A stretch of 64,000 nt of DNA from Thermoanaerobaculia bacterium (lineage in GTDB: Bacteria > Acidobacteriota > Thermoanaerobaculia > UBA5066): contig JAJVIN010000019.1 of NCBI GenBank assembly GCA_022071945.1, positions 15,637 through 79,636 of the forward strand, in the 5' to 3' direction. The translations under genes and the position numbers were made by a program. Below are positions 19,049 to 28,547 of the stretch, in pieces; position 1 is the first letter of the stretch, and each line of letters begins with the position of its first letter. The notes beneath the pieces were generated by a model. The model saw only the letters and a list, made by a program, of their open reading frames with translations, was not told the DNA's origin and did no database searches.

Positions 19049-19836
19049 CTGTGGGGACGATCCAGACGCGAGAGACGAAGCCGGATGACGAAATCCTCGA
19101 GAGCGGACGCCGTCGCCGGCACCTCCGGCAGCTGGCTCTGCTCGTGGGCCTCGTGAAGCCGGGCCTCGAGTTCGTCCAGACGTTTCGCGTGAAACGCCAC
19201 CTCGTCCTCGCCGAGGAGCATCTTCTCCGCGCCCTGACGCTTTCGCTCGATCAGATCTCCGAGTCCGATCCCGAAGATGCCGTCGAGAGCCGGGAGGTTC
19301 GCGACCACCTCTCCCGTCCGCATCATGTGGATTCCGGTCAAGAGGATCCTGTAGGCGTAGAGCAGGTGCTTGACCGTGGGAGCCGGCTCGAGGAGGCGCT
19401 TCCGGCGGCCCTGAGCAAACCCGAGGTAGTGCCGCACCGTGGGGCGCGTCACGCACCCGCGGCCGAGCTCGCGGAGTTCGTGAAAGGCAGGAGTCGCAAC
19501 GACGACGAGAGGCGAAAAGAGCTGCTCGAGGACGTACCCGTTGTGGTTCGTCAGGAGCCGCGCGAACTTCCGGATGTCGTGGGCGACCCAGTCGAGATCG
19601 ACCGGCTCCTTCTCGGAGAACGTGATCGTCTCCGCGGCGGGGTGGAGCCCCAGAACCTCGCGAGCACTGAGGAGAAAAGCCCCGCGAAGATCCACGTCAC
19701 TGTCGGGGGAGGCGAACCCGTAGAGGTGCGCGCCGCTGACCGTCGCAAAGACCGGCTCCGGACCGCGACGAGCGATCCCCTCGAGCATCGCCCGGTCAAG
19801 AAGCGTCCAGGTCTCTTCAAGCTGATTCGGGGTCAT
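19045..19836 (-). CDS. Pol-beta superfamily nucleotidyltransferase, RlaP/YcgL (PF10127-like) short form
   Basis: SGAHLYGFASPDSDVDLRG, NGYVLEQLFSPLVV, HYLGFA, KHLLYAYRILLTGIH. Confidence 0.88.
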   Translation of the reverse strand: MTPNQLEETWTLLDRAMLEGIARRGPEPVFATVSGAHLYGFASPDSDVDLRGAFLLSAREVLGLHPAAETITFSEKEPVDLDWVAHDIRKFARLLTNHNGYVLEQLFSPLVVVATPAFHELRELGRGCVTRPTVRHYLGFAQGRRKRLLEPAPTVKHLLYAYRILLTGIHMMRTGEVVANLPALDGIFGIGLGDLIERKRQGAEKMLLGEDEVAFHAKRLDELEARLHEAHEQSQLPEVPATASALEDFVIRLRLSRLDRPHR

Positions 19837-19953
19837 GCGTCCGTCGCTCGCTGCTCTCGTGGCGCCGGAGAGAATAACCTGGCACCTGCACGCTTCCTAC
19901 ACGCTCTCGCCTGGCGATCAATCGCCGGGCCTGGGGGTCTCTCGCTCCGGGGC

Positions 19954-20096
19954 GCCTCCCCTTACGAAGGGGAGGCCGGGCCCTCAGGCCCGGGAGGGGT
20001 CAACGCCGGTCCTCGTTGGCCGGCGGGTGCCTTCCGTGGTATCCCCGTGGACCCCTCCGGCGCTCACGCGCCTGCCTCCCCTTCGAAAGGGGAGGC
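19954..20096. repeat. REP doublet (REPIN/BIME-like), two inverted palindromic units
   Basis: GCCTCCCCTTACGAAGGGGAGGC..GGAGGGGTC ... GACCCCTCC..GCCTCCCCTTCGAAAGGGGAGGC. Confidence 0.65.
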
Positions 20097-20242
20097 ACAG
20101 AGCTGTCGACAGCCAAGTGCAGAAACTCCCGTTCCTTCTCCCCGAGGGCGAAGGGAGCCTGGACGATCATTCCCGGACGGTGCCTCACCCGGCCTCGGCC
20201 GATCCGTCCGTGAGTGTCCTTGACGTGCCGGGCCGCGGATCC

Positions 20243-21337
20243 CTACATCTGGACCGCGCCGGCACCCCAGTGGACTCCAGCGCCCAGAGCGGTGAAGACG
20301 ACGAGGCTGCCATCCTTCACCTTCCCCTCGGTTCGGGCCTCGTGGAAGACGATCGGGAGCGTTCCGGCCGTCGTGTTGCCGTACTTCTGGATGTTGTTGA
20401 AGACCTTCTCGTCGGGAAGCCCGAGCTGCTTCTGAACGGCCTCGTTGATCCGCAGGTTCGCCTGGTGCATCAGGAGGAGATCCAGGTCGGCCAGGGTCCT
20501 TCCCGTCTGGGCCAGCACGGAGTTGACGGCGGCCGGCATCAGTTGCGACGCCATCCTGAAGACCTGGCGGCCCTCGACGATCGGCACCCCTCCGAGGGCG
20601 TCCACCATGTCGTGAGAGATGTAGGGGCGGAACCGGCAGCCCACACCGGGCACGTGCAGCTTGTCCCACTGCGTTCCGTCCGTTTCCATCACGAAGCCCA
20701 AAAACCCGCGTCCGTCGCCTGTGTCGTTGGCCTCGAGGACCATCGCGCCCGCGCCGTCGCCGAAGAGCACGGCACGGTCCCGCATTCCGGTCAGCTTCTG
20801 GTACCACTCCGGATCGCAGGGCCCCTCGGAGTTCCCCCAGAGAACGTCCCAGACGTGCCGTGGCCAGGGCATGAGGCCGCTGTGGGCTTCCGCCCCGACG
20901 AGGAGGACGCGCTCGTACACGCCCGCGCGGATGAAGGCGTCGGCGACCTGGAGCCCCGAGAGGAAGCCCGCGCACTGCATCCGGATGTCCAGAGCATGCG
21001 TGTTCTTCATCCCGAGCCGCGCGGCGCACATTCCGCCATTGCCGGGGAAGTAGAGATCCGGCGTCATCGTGGCGAAGATGACGAAGTCGATGTCGGAAGG
21101 AGCGAGGGATCCGTTCGAAAGGGCCGCCTCGGCCGCCTTCACCCCCAATTCCAGGGAGCCCGTCCCGGCGCCGTCCACGAGGTGACGTTTCCTGATACCC
21201 GTTCTCTGGACGATCCACTCGTCGGAGGTGTCCATGATCCGGCCGAGCATGTCGTTGGTGACTTCGCCCGGCGGTACGTACATCCCGGAGCCGCGAATGA
21301 TGGTGGTACGAGTTGTTCGGTGGGTGCCCGTTGTCAC
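20243..21337 (-). CDS. fabH: 3-oxoacyl-ACP synthase III
   Basis: DTSDEWIVQRTGI, DIRMQCAGF (Cys), LFGDGAGA, HQANLRI, YGNTTAGT. Confidence 0.93.
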   Translation of the reverse strand: MTTGTHRTTRTTIIRGSGMYVPPGEVTNDMLGRIMDTSDEWIVQRTGIRKRHLVDGAGTGSLELGVKAAEAALSNGSLAPSDIDFVIFATMTPDLYFPGNGGMCAARLGMKNTHALDIRMQCAGFLSGLQVADAFIRAGVYERVLLVGAEAHSGLMPWPRHVWDVLWGNSEGPCDPEWYQKLTGMRDRAVLFGDGAGAMVLEANDTGDGRGFLGFVMETDGTQWDKLHVPGVGCRFRPYISHDMVDALGGVPIVEGRQVFRMASQLMPAAVNSVLAQTGRTLADLDLLLMHQANLRINEAVQKQLGLPDEKVFNNIQKYGNTTAGTLPIVFHEARTEGKVKDGSLVVFTALGAGVHWGAGAVQM

Positions 21338-21392
21338 GGGCGGAGTCTAGACCCGTCCCAGCTTTTCCGCGATCTGAGAGAAACGCCGTCCG

Positions 21393-21680
21393 TCATGGAG
21401 AGAGCGGGTCCTTGCGCAGGGTGGCAACGGTCGCCCCCCACCCGCCGCCTCCGGGCTCGGCGTCCCGAAACGAGAGGACGAGGGGCGAGTTGGATAGGAC
21501 GGACCGGACGATCTCCCGCTGCACCCCGATCCCCCTCCCGTGGATGATCCGGACCTCCCGGAACCCGCGCCGGGAGGCCTCCTCGAGGTAGTCCAGGACG
21601 AGATCCCGCGTCTCCTCGGGCCGGAATGTGTGCAGGTCGATTGCGTCCTCGATCGGCACCTTGAGCGGCTCTTCATCCAT
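21393..21680 (-). CDS. Smr/MutS2 domain protein
   Basis: IDLHTF, VRIIHGRGIG, GGGGWGAT. Confidence 0.88.
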   Translation of the reverse strand: MDEEPLKVPIEDAIDLHTFRPEETRDLVLDYLEEASRRGFREVRIIHGRGIGVQREIVRSVLSNSPLVLSFRDAEPGGGGWGATVATLRKDPLSP

Positions 21681-21840
21681 GTTTCCAGTGTAGCGGGAGA
21701 AACAAAACCCCTTTCCGGTTGTGAGAACCATCTCCACGACCGGCTCCTCAATCCAGCCGGTAGCGGGAGAATCAAGAGCCCTTTCCGGTTGTTAGAGGAG
21801 AAGGGCTGGGGATAATCCCCTCCATGGCTGAGGTGATCCG

Positions 21841-22752
21841 ATGAGACGTTTCGTGGCCGCGATGGCCGTATTGACCGTGCTGATGACGGCGGGCCCCGCG
21901 AGGGCGCAGAAGGGGGCGAAGCCGAGAGTCGCCATCCTGGAATTCAAGGACAAGGTTTCCGGCTACTCGTGGTACCAGGCGGGACGGGCAGCCCAGGACA
22001 TCTTCGTCACCGAGCTCGTCAAGACGGGCGCCTACCGGGTGATCGAGAGGGAGCAGCTCGCCGCCATCATGGCCGAGAAGAACCTGTCCCTTTCCGGGGA
22101 GATCGACCCCAAAACGGCGATCGCCGTGGGCAAGCTCCTCGGCGTCGAGTACCTCGTGACCGGCTCCATCACCAAGCTCGGCGTCGCCGACCGCGGCGTC
22201 TCGGCCCCGTCGATGTTCGGTCTCCCGTCCGTCAACATCAAGACCCAGAAGATGGAGGCCGCCATCGACGCGCGCGCCATCGGAACCGCCACCGGTGAGA
22301 TCGTCTGGGCCGACTCGGCCAAGGAGTCCACCTCCGACGCCGCCGTCTTCGTCGCCGGCGCCGGCGGAGGCGTTCAGGACCGGACCAAGCTCGACCGCGT
22401 CATGGAGCCCGTCGTCAAGAAGCTCGCCGAGTCGCTCGGGAAGAAGAGCCTCGCCACTTCAGGACTCGGCGGAGCCGGCGATGCCTCGGGCATCGTCGCG
22501 AAGGTCGCGAGAGTCGAAGGCTCTCTTCTCTACATCAACGCCGGCTCTGAGGCTGGCGTGAAGGAGGGCGAGGAGTACGACGTCTACCGGGGCGGCGACG
22601 TCATCAAGGACCCCGACACCGGCGAGATCCTGGGCGTCAACGAGACCAAGATCGGCCGCGTCAAGATCACCGGGGTCAAGGGCCCCCGCCTCTCGACGGT
22701 GACGGTCCTCGCGGGCCAGGGCTTCAAGTCGGGCGACATCCTGAAGAAGTGA
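21841..22752 (+). CDS. Exported CsgG/HfaB family protein with FlgT_C-like C-terminal domain
   Basis: Signal peptide; RVAILEF, YRVIEREQL, GKLLGVEYLVTGSIT; YINAGSEAGVKEG..DPDTGEILG. Confidence 0.8.
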   Translation: MRRFVAAMAVLTVLMTAGPARAQKGAKPRVAILEFKDKVSGYSWYQAGRAAQDIFVTELVKTGAYRVIEREQLAAIMAEKNLSLSGEIDPKTAIAVGKLLGVEYLVTGSITKLGVADRGVSAPSMFGLPSVNIKTQKMEAAIDARAIGTATGEIVWADSAKESTSDAAVFVAGAGGGVQDRTKLDRVMEPVVKKLAESLGKKSLATSGLGGAGDASGIVAKVARVEGSLLYINAGSEAGVKEGEEYDVYRGGDVIKDPDTGEILGVNETKIGRVKITGVKGPRLSTVTVLAGQGFKSGDILKK

Positions 22753-23897
22753 AGGACGTGCGAGCCGGACTCGGTTCTCCCTTGGGGCCGCTCGCTTCTT
22801 TCCTGCTCCTGGTGACGATAGCGGGAGCAGAGGCCAAGCCGCCCTCCCTCGAGGAGGTCCGAAAGGGGATGTCGATTCCCTCCGCGGGCGACGAAAGAGG
22901 CCAGAAGGACGGCGTCGGGTTCGCCACGACGCCCCTGCAGATGGCCAGATCGTGGGACCTCTCCGCGGCGCCGCCGTCTCCGGAGTCTCTCGGACCCCTC
23001 CCGCCGGCGGGTGTTCTGGGTGCCATCTGCCCCCACGACGACTACCTCTTCGCCGCCCGGGTCTACCGCCGGATCCTGCCCCTCGTCACGGCGAAGACCG
23101 TCGTCGTCATCGGCGTCTTTCACGCGTTTAGGAAGTTCGAGATGAGCGACGCCCTCGTCTTCGACGACTACAAGACCTGGAGAAGCCCTGACGGGCCCGT
23201 GACCGTCTCACCCCTGCGGGAAGCGATCCTGACGAGACTGCCGAAGGACGACGTCGTGGTTCACCGGGCCGCCCACGACAACGAGCACTCGGTGGAGGCC
23301 CTCGTCTACTGGTTGAAACACCAGCGCCCGGATGTCGAGATCGTGCCCGTCATCGTGCCGGCGGCCAAGTGGGAGAGGCTCGGGGTCCTGTCTCGGGATT
23401 TGGGCGGCGCCCTCGCCGGAGTCATGAAGGAGCGGGGCCTTCAACTCGGCCGCGATGTGGCCGTCGTCGTCTCCGCCGACGCCATCCACTACGGATCCGA
23501 CTTCAAGGAGGTCCCGTTCGGAGACGGCGGCATCGAGGCTTACCGAAAGGCCGTCGAGCGCGATCTCGCTCAGCTGAAAGGCCCCCTCGCGGGACCGTTG
23601 ACGAGTGAGCCCTTGCGCCGCTTCTACTCGACGTGTGTGAATCCGGAAGAGCCCGCCGAGTACCGGATGACCTGGTGCGGGAGGTTCTCGATCCCCGCGG
23701 GCCTCTTGACTCTCTCGTCAGCGGCGAAAGCCCTCGGAATCCCGGTCGTCACCGGCCGCCCCGTCGCCTACGCGACCTCGATCGGGCTGCCCGAGATTCC
23801 GGCGCGCGACACCGGACTGGGAACGACCGCGCCGTCGAACCTCTACCACTTCGTCGGATATCCCGCGGCCGCCTACGTCGCGGGCTCGGCTCCCTGA
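22749..23897 (+). CDS. MEMO1 / AmmeMemoRadiSam protein B family, with N-terminal signal peptide
   Basis: ICPHDDY, IGVFH, EHSVEAL, VSADAIHYG, TWCG, FVGY. Confidence 0.75.
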   Translation: MKDVRAGLGSPLGPLASFLLLVTIAGAEAKPPSLEEVRKGMSIPSAGDERGQKDGVGFATTPLQMARSWDLSAAPPSPESLGPLPPAGVLGAICPHDDYLFAARVYRRILPLVTAKTVVVIGVFHAFRKFEMSDALVFDDYKTWRSPDGPVTVSPLREAILTRLPKDDVVVHRAAHDNEHSVEALVYWLKHQRPDVEIVPVIVPAAKWERLGVLSRDLGGALAGVMKERGLQLGRDVAVVVSADAIHYGSDFKEVPFGDGGIEAYRKAVERDLAQLKGPLAGPLTSEPLRRFYSTCVNPEEPAEYRMTWCGRFSIPAGLLTLSSAAKALGIPVVTGRPVAYATSIGLPEIPARDTGLGTTAPSNLYHFVGYPAAAYVAGSAP

Positions 23898-23916
23898 GGC
23901 CTCCGGGCGGACCTCG

Positions 23917-26001
23917 CTAGCGCCCCTTTCCGCGGGACCGCAGGGCGTTGCAGGCGCCCTGCACACCGGCATCACAGGCCTTCTTGAAGGCCTGCACGCC
24001 CTGCTGCGCGTGGCCGAGCCGGAAGGCGTGAATCCCCTTTGCGTACCAGACCGGACCGTTGTTGGGTGAACGGTCGAGAGCCTTGTCGAGTTCTTCCTCG
24101 AGGTCGCCCCGGACGTCGTCGAAGGCGAGCCCCATGATCCAGGCCCCATCCGAGCCCGGCATGTTCCCGCGGGCGTGAACGAGCGCGTCGACGAAGTAGA
24201 TTCGGCGGCTCGTCAGGACGCTCTCGGGTGCCATCGGAAGCGCCCGGCGGAGGAGCGTCCAGGATTCCTGGTCCTTTCCGTCGGCGAAGGCGATCCCGGC
24301 GCGCGCGAAGGTGTCGAGGAAATCCACGGCGGCGGAAGGGGAACGCTGCTTGAGGCGCCGGGCCTCGCCCAGAGCAGCCGCGAAGTCGGACCTCTCGAGC
24401 CGCCGCTCCGGCTTTCGGGTCGCGTCGAGGCTCTCCAGGACGGAGGAGAGGCCCGTGTCGTCCAGACCCGTGTCGCCTCCGATCGTGGGCTCCCTCGGCT
24501 GTCCGGCGTCGAGGTCGAGAATCTCCATCTGCGGCGCCTCCGCCATGTGCTTGGGGTCCTTCCCGGTCCTGGGGGGCTCCTTGGTGATCGTGACGACGCT
24601 GCCCCCGGTGCCCTTCGACGGGTCCCCGGTCGAACGCTCGACCGTCGTGGTCCCTCCGTGGTCTGGGACGGGCGTTGCCATCGCCATGGCGATGGCGGTG
24701 GCAATCGGTTCGGGTACCCCCTCGGTCACCGTCGGAAAGGCTTCGGGCACCGTGCCCGCGGTTTCCCCCGGAAGCGGAGTGGGCTCGGCGAGCGGAGTCG
24801 GCTCCGCCGGGATCGTCGGCTCGGCCGCGGGGGGAATCGAGGCGAGGGAGTCGAGCTTTCTCTTTCCCAGAAAGGCCGCCACACCCACGAGCCCGATGAG
24901 GAGAACCGCGGCGGCTGCTATCGCCACGGGCACGAGCGGGGAGCGCTTCTGACCGATGGTCCCCTGCGAGGCCGGCGCGGCCATTTGCTGCTGGGGCGGC
25001 GGCGGGGGGGCCGGGGGAGAAGCCGGAGACGGCCCTGAGACGACGGTCATGGCCTGGGAGGCCGGACCAGGAGGGGGCGCGGGCGGCGGCATCCGGCCGG
25101 GCGGGGGCGGCGCAGGAAGCGTGGCCGCGGGGCTCACGATCTCGGTCATCGTGCCGCTGCCGGGCGCCGAGACCCCGAGCGCGAGGCTGAGAGCGTTCAC
25201 GAACTCCATGCAGGTCCGGTAGCGGTCGCCGGGGGCCTTCGCGAGGGCACGCGACATGACCGCGTCGACGCCCTGGGGAATCCGGGGGAGCACCTGCGAG
25301 ATCGGTTCGGGAGGGCGAGAGACGTGGAGGTGGAGGATCGCGAGAGGTGAGTCCGCCTTGAAGGGAACGCGCCCGGTCAGGAGCTCGAAGGCGATCACGG
25401 CCAGAGCGTACTGGTCGGCCCGCGCGTCGATCTTCTCTCCCATGGCCTGCTCGGGAGCCATGTAAGCCGGTGTCCCCATCACGGTCCCCGTGGCCGTCAA
25501 CTGCGAGACCGACTCCGCCATCCGTGCGAGACCGAAGTCCGCCAGAAGAGTCCGCCCCGTGCCATCGAGGAGGACGTTTCCGGGCTTGATGTCCCGATGG
25601 AAGATCCCCTTCCCGTGGGCGTGGTCGAGAGCAGCCCCGATCCCCGAGAGCCAGGCGATGGCCTGGCCGTACGCAACGGGCCCCCGGATCTGCTCCTTCA
25701 GCGATCCCCCCGTCACGAGCGGCATGACGAGGTACGAGACGGTTCGCCCCTCGACCTCGGCCGTTCCGAAGTCGTAGATCGGAAGGATGTTGGCGTGCTC
25801 GAGGCCCGCGACGAGGCGGGCTTCCCTGAGGAAGCGCTCGGCGAAGACCTTGTCCTCGGCGATCGGGTCGAGGATGACCTTGACGGCGACGGAGCGGTGG
25901 AGGGTCGAGTCGGTGGCCCTGAAGACCTCCGACATGCCGCCGGCGCCCACCCGCTCCGTGAGAAGGTACCGGCCGAGAGTGGTTCCTGCCTTCATGCCCA
26001 T
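23917..26001 (-). CDS. Membrane Ser/Thr protein kinase with Pro-rich linkers and C-terminal TPR/Sel1-like repeat
   Basis: GAGGMSEV, VAVK, HRDIKPGN, DFG, APE; TM helix; FKKACDAGVQGAC. Confidence 0.9.
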   Translation of the reverse strand: MGMKAGTTLGRYLLTERVGAGGMSEVFRATDSTLHRSVAVKVILDPIAEDKVFAERFLREARLVAGLEHANILPIYDFGTAEVEGRTVSYLVMPLVTGGSLKEQIRGPVAYGQAIAWLSGIGAALDHAHGKGIFHRDIKPGNVLLDGTGRTLLADFGLARMAESVSQLTATGTVMGTPAYMAPEQAMGEKIDARADQYALAVIAFELLTGRVPFKADSPLAILHLHVSRPPEPISQVLPRIPQGVDAVMSRALAKAPGDRYRTCMEFVNALSLALGVSAPGSGTMTEIVSPAATLPAPPPPGRMPPPAPPPGPASQAMTVVSGPSPASPPAPPPPPQQQMAAPASQGTIGQKRSPLVPVAIAAAAVLLIGLVGVAAFLGKRKLDSLASIPPAAEPTIPAEPTPLAEPTPLPGETAGTVPEAFPTVTEGVPEPIATAIAMAMATPVPDHGGTTTVERSTGDPSKGTGGSVVTITKEPPRTGKDPKHMAEAPQMEILDLDAGQPREPTIGGDTGLDDTGLSSVLESLDATRKPERRLERSDFAAALGEARRLKQRSPSAAVDFLDTFARAGIAFADGKDQESWTLLRRALPMAPESVLTSRRIYFVDALVHARGNMPGSDGAWIMGLAFDDVRGDLEEELDKALDRSPNNGPVWYAKGIHAFRLGHAQQGVQAFKKACDAGVQGACNALRSRGKGR

Positions 26002-26043
26002 GGTCGTACCTTCAGAATAGGACAGGAGGGGAACGGAAACGAG

Positions 26044-26967
26044 ATGGAGAATGCCGATCGACTCTCTTCGCCGTCACTTTCCTTGCACCATCGAAACCAG
26101 CCGGGCCGGAAATACGTGTACGTCGTCCGGGCCCGCCGGTCGAGGGGACTCTCCCTCGGGATCAACCTCGACCCCCAGAAGACCTGCAACTTCGACTGCG
26201 TCTACTGCGAGGTCATCGACCGGAGGGCGATCGCGAAGAAGACGGGGCGCCCCCCAATCGAGATCGCCGAGGTCGTCGCGGAGGTCAAGAGCGAGCTCCT
26301 TCGCTGGCCCGTGCCCGGAACGGGACCCGAAACGCCTTCGGGGTCCGAGACTCTCTCGGGGTCCGAGACTCTCTCGGGGCCCGAGACTCTCTCGGGGCCC
26401 GAGACTCTCTCGGACATTGCTTTCGCCGGGGACGGAGAGCCGTCGACATTCCAGGGATTTCGGGACCTCTCTACGGGAATCCTGGACGTCCGCGATGCCC
26501 TGGGCTTCGCAACCGTGCCTCTCGTCTTGATCACCAACGGGAGCGGGATCGACCGCGCGGAGATGGTGGAGGCCCACGACCTCTTCGCCGCGCGCAACGG
26601 GGTCTTCTGGATCAAGCTCGACGCGGGAACAGAGACTCTTTACCGCCAGGTGTGCCGCACGGCCGTCCCGTTCGGGAGGATCCTCGCGAATCTCGAGGGC
26701 GCGGCCCGCCGTCACCCGGTCATCGTGCAGTCGATGTTCTTTCGCCATCGGGGCGAGCGAGCGTCAGCGGCCGAGATCGAGGCCTGGACAGAGCGCCTCT
26801 CGAACGTGGTCGAGGCCGGGGGGCGAATCCGGCTCGTGCAGGTCTATACGGTCGCCAGGGAGACGATGGAACCGGGGATCACTCCCCTCTCCGGCGAGGA
26901 GCTCGAAGCAATCGCCGAAATGCTCCGGCGAAAGATCCCGGACTTGCCGGTCGCGACGTTCGGTTAG
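26044..26967 (+). CDS. Radical SAM protein (TYW1-like / COG0731 group)
   Basis: RRSRGLSLGINL, CNFDCVYC, IAFAGDGEP, LITNGS, KLDAG. Confidence 0.85.
   Translation: MENADRLSSPSLSLHHRNQPGRKYVYVVRARRSRGLSLGINLDPQKTCNFDCVYCEVIDRRAIAKKTGRPPIEIAEVVAEVKSELLRWPVPGTGPETPSGSETLSGSETLSGPETLSGPETLSDIAFAGDGEPSTFQGFRDLSTGILDVRDALGFATVPLVLITNGSGIDRAEMVEAHDLFAARNGVFWIKLDAGTETLYRQVCRTAVPFGRILANLEGAARRHPVIVQSMFFRHRGERASAAEIEAWTERLSNVVEAGGRIRLVQVYTVARETMEPGITPLSGEELEAIAEMLRRKIPDLPVATFG
26323..26412 (+). repeat. In-frame 18-bp tandem repeat x5 (G[S/P]ETLS)
   Basis: GGG(T/C)CCGAGACTCTCTCG x4 preceded by the degenerate unit GGACCCGAAACGCCTTCG. Confidence 0.9.
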
Positions 26968-26973
26968 GGCCGG

Positions 26974-28521
26974 TCAGAGCTCGAGGCCGGAGTCCGCCTC
27001 GGAAAGGGCTCCGTAGAGCACGACCGAGCCGGGACCCGACCGGATCGCCTCGTCGAGCGCCTCCTCGGCCCGCAGGGCGAGACTCTGAACGTCGAAGGCG
27101 TCCTCGGGATACGACGCGATTCCGAACGTCACGTTGAGTTTCACGCCAAGCTCCGAGAGCTTCGGGTCCTGCGACGAGGAGAAGTTCCGCTGGATGGTCT
27201 CGGCCGCCCTCTGGCACTGCGACTTGTTGGCGTCGAAGACCAAGACGAAGAAGCGGTCCTCGCGGTCCCGGCCGATCACGTTGACGGTCCGGGTCGCGCG
27301 CGCCAGGAGATTGGCGGCCTTGGGAAGCAACGCGTCGCCGACCACGGCTCCGAATTTCTTGATGGCCTCCGACACGCCCTCGATCCTCACGTTGGCGAGG
27401 CTCACCGGCTGGCTGCTTCTCTCGGCGCGGCGGATCTCGATCTCGAGCCTCTTCAGGATGGCGTCGCGCTTGTAGAAGCCCGTCACGGCGTCTCGCTCGG
27501 AGTGCTCCTCGAGAAACTCGATCGTCTTCAGGCTCCTGAGGGCCTGCGCGGCCGCGTCGGAGAGGAGACCCGCCGGCAAGACGAGCCCGTCGAGCGGCAC
27601 GGGCGCCCCCTGGCGCAGTCCGGGAGTGACGACGCCCTGCGCCTCGCCGCCTGCCTGGAGGGGCACCGCGAAACCGGCCACGAAATCGCCGCTCCCGAAG
27701 ACGACGGCGGCGGTCGCCGGATCGATCGGCTGGATCGTCTTCTCGTTGAAGGCGCGGACGACTGGATGAGCCGCATCTTCCGTGGACAGCGCCTTGAGCG
27801 GGGAGTCGGCCGCGCCAAAGCCGGAGGGAGCCGCGGCCGTCAGGAACTTCGTCTCCGGGTCGACCGTCCAGACGAGACACGCGCTGGCGCCCAGGAAGTT
27901 CACGCACAGGTCGCTCGTGTTCTGCTGCACCCGGGACGAGTCGGCGTAGGCGAACAGAACCTGGAACGCCTCGCGGAGCCTCGAGAAGAACAGGAGGTGC
28001 TGCTTCTCCCTCTCGTACAGCCGGGCGGTGCTGAGCGCGCGGGCGATCTCGGAGGCGATCGGCTCGAGGGCCGACAGGATCGAGTCCGCGGGCTTGGACG
28101 TTCCCCCGATGACGGCCGCGAAGACGCCCTCAGCGGTGTTGGCTCCCGGAATCGGCACGGCGATCAGGCTTATGGGGCTCGGAAGATGGCGAACGACCTC
28201 CGCCGCCGGGACGAACGCCAGTCCCTGAGGGTCGCGCGCCAGGTCGTCCACGATCAGCTGGGCCCCTTCCGCGAAAAGCTGCTCCATGAGCGGTTCCGGA
28301 ATTGGGTCGGAAACCGAAGCCTGCGGGAGCCCGGGCCGGACCCACACCGCGGAGGCCGGCGGAAAACTCCCGAGCGATCGCAGCCGGATGGCGCAGACAT
28401 CGGCGCCGAAACGCGCTCCGAGCTCTTCCACTGTCCGGAGCAGGACCGACGGGGTGTCGACCAGGCCGCCAAGGGCCCGGTGAAGCTGGGCGGTCAGGGA
28501 CGGAACTCCGTTCATCGGCAT
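26974..28521 (-). CDS. GAF-GAF-GGDEF protein with degenerate active site
   Basis: Two GAF-like regions; RDAVTGFY, EIRRAERS, FGAVVGDALL, GRDREDRF in place of GRYGGDEF, GIASYP. Confidence 0.8.
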   Translation of the reverse strand: MPMNGVPSLTAQLHRALGGLVDTPSVLLRTVEELGARFGADVCAIRLRSLGSFPPASAVWVRPGLPQASVSDPIPEPLMEQLFAEGAQLIVDDLARDPQGLAFVPAAEVVRHLPSPISLIAVPIPGANTAEGVFAAVIGGTSKPADSILSALEPIASEIARALSTARLYEREKQHLLFFSRLREAFQVLFAYADSSRVQQNTSDLCVNFLGASACLVWTVDPETKFLTAAAPSGFGAADSPLKALSTEDAAHPVVRAFNEKTIQPIDPATAAVVFGSGDFVAGFAVPLQAGGEAQGVVTPGLRQGAPVPLDGLVLPAGLLSDAAAQALRSLKTIEFLEEHSERDAVTGFYKRDAILKRLEIEIRRAERSSQPVSLANVRIEGVSEAIKKFGAVVGDALLPKAANLLARATRTVNVIGRDREDRFFVLVFDANKSQCQRAAETIQRNFSSSQDPKLSELGVKLNVTFGIASYPEDAFDVQSLALRAEEALDEAIRSGPGSVVLYGALSEADSGLEL

Positions 28522-28547
28522 GACGTCGGACTCCTCCGAACGCAAGA

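Noticed and set aside
22749-26967. Complete AmmeMemoRadiSam system
   Set aside because: No AMMECR1 gene; the nearby radical SAM has motifs of a different family and is separated by an opposite-strand kinase
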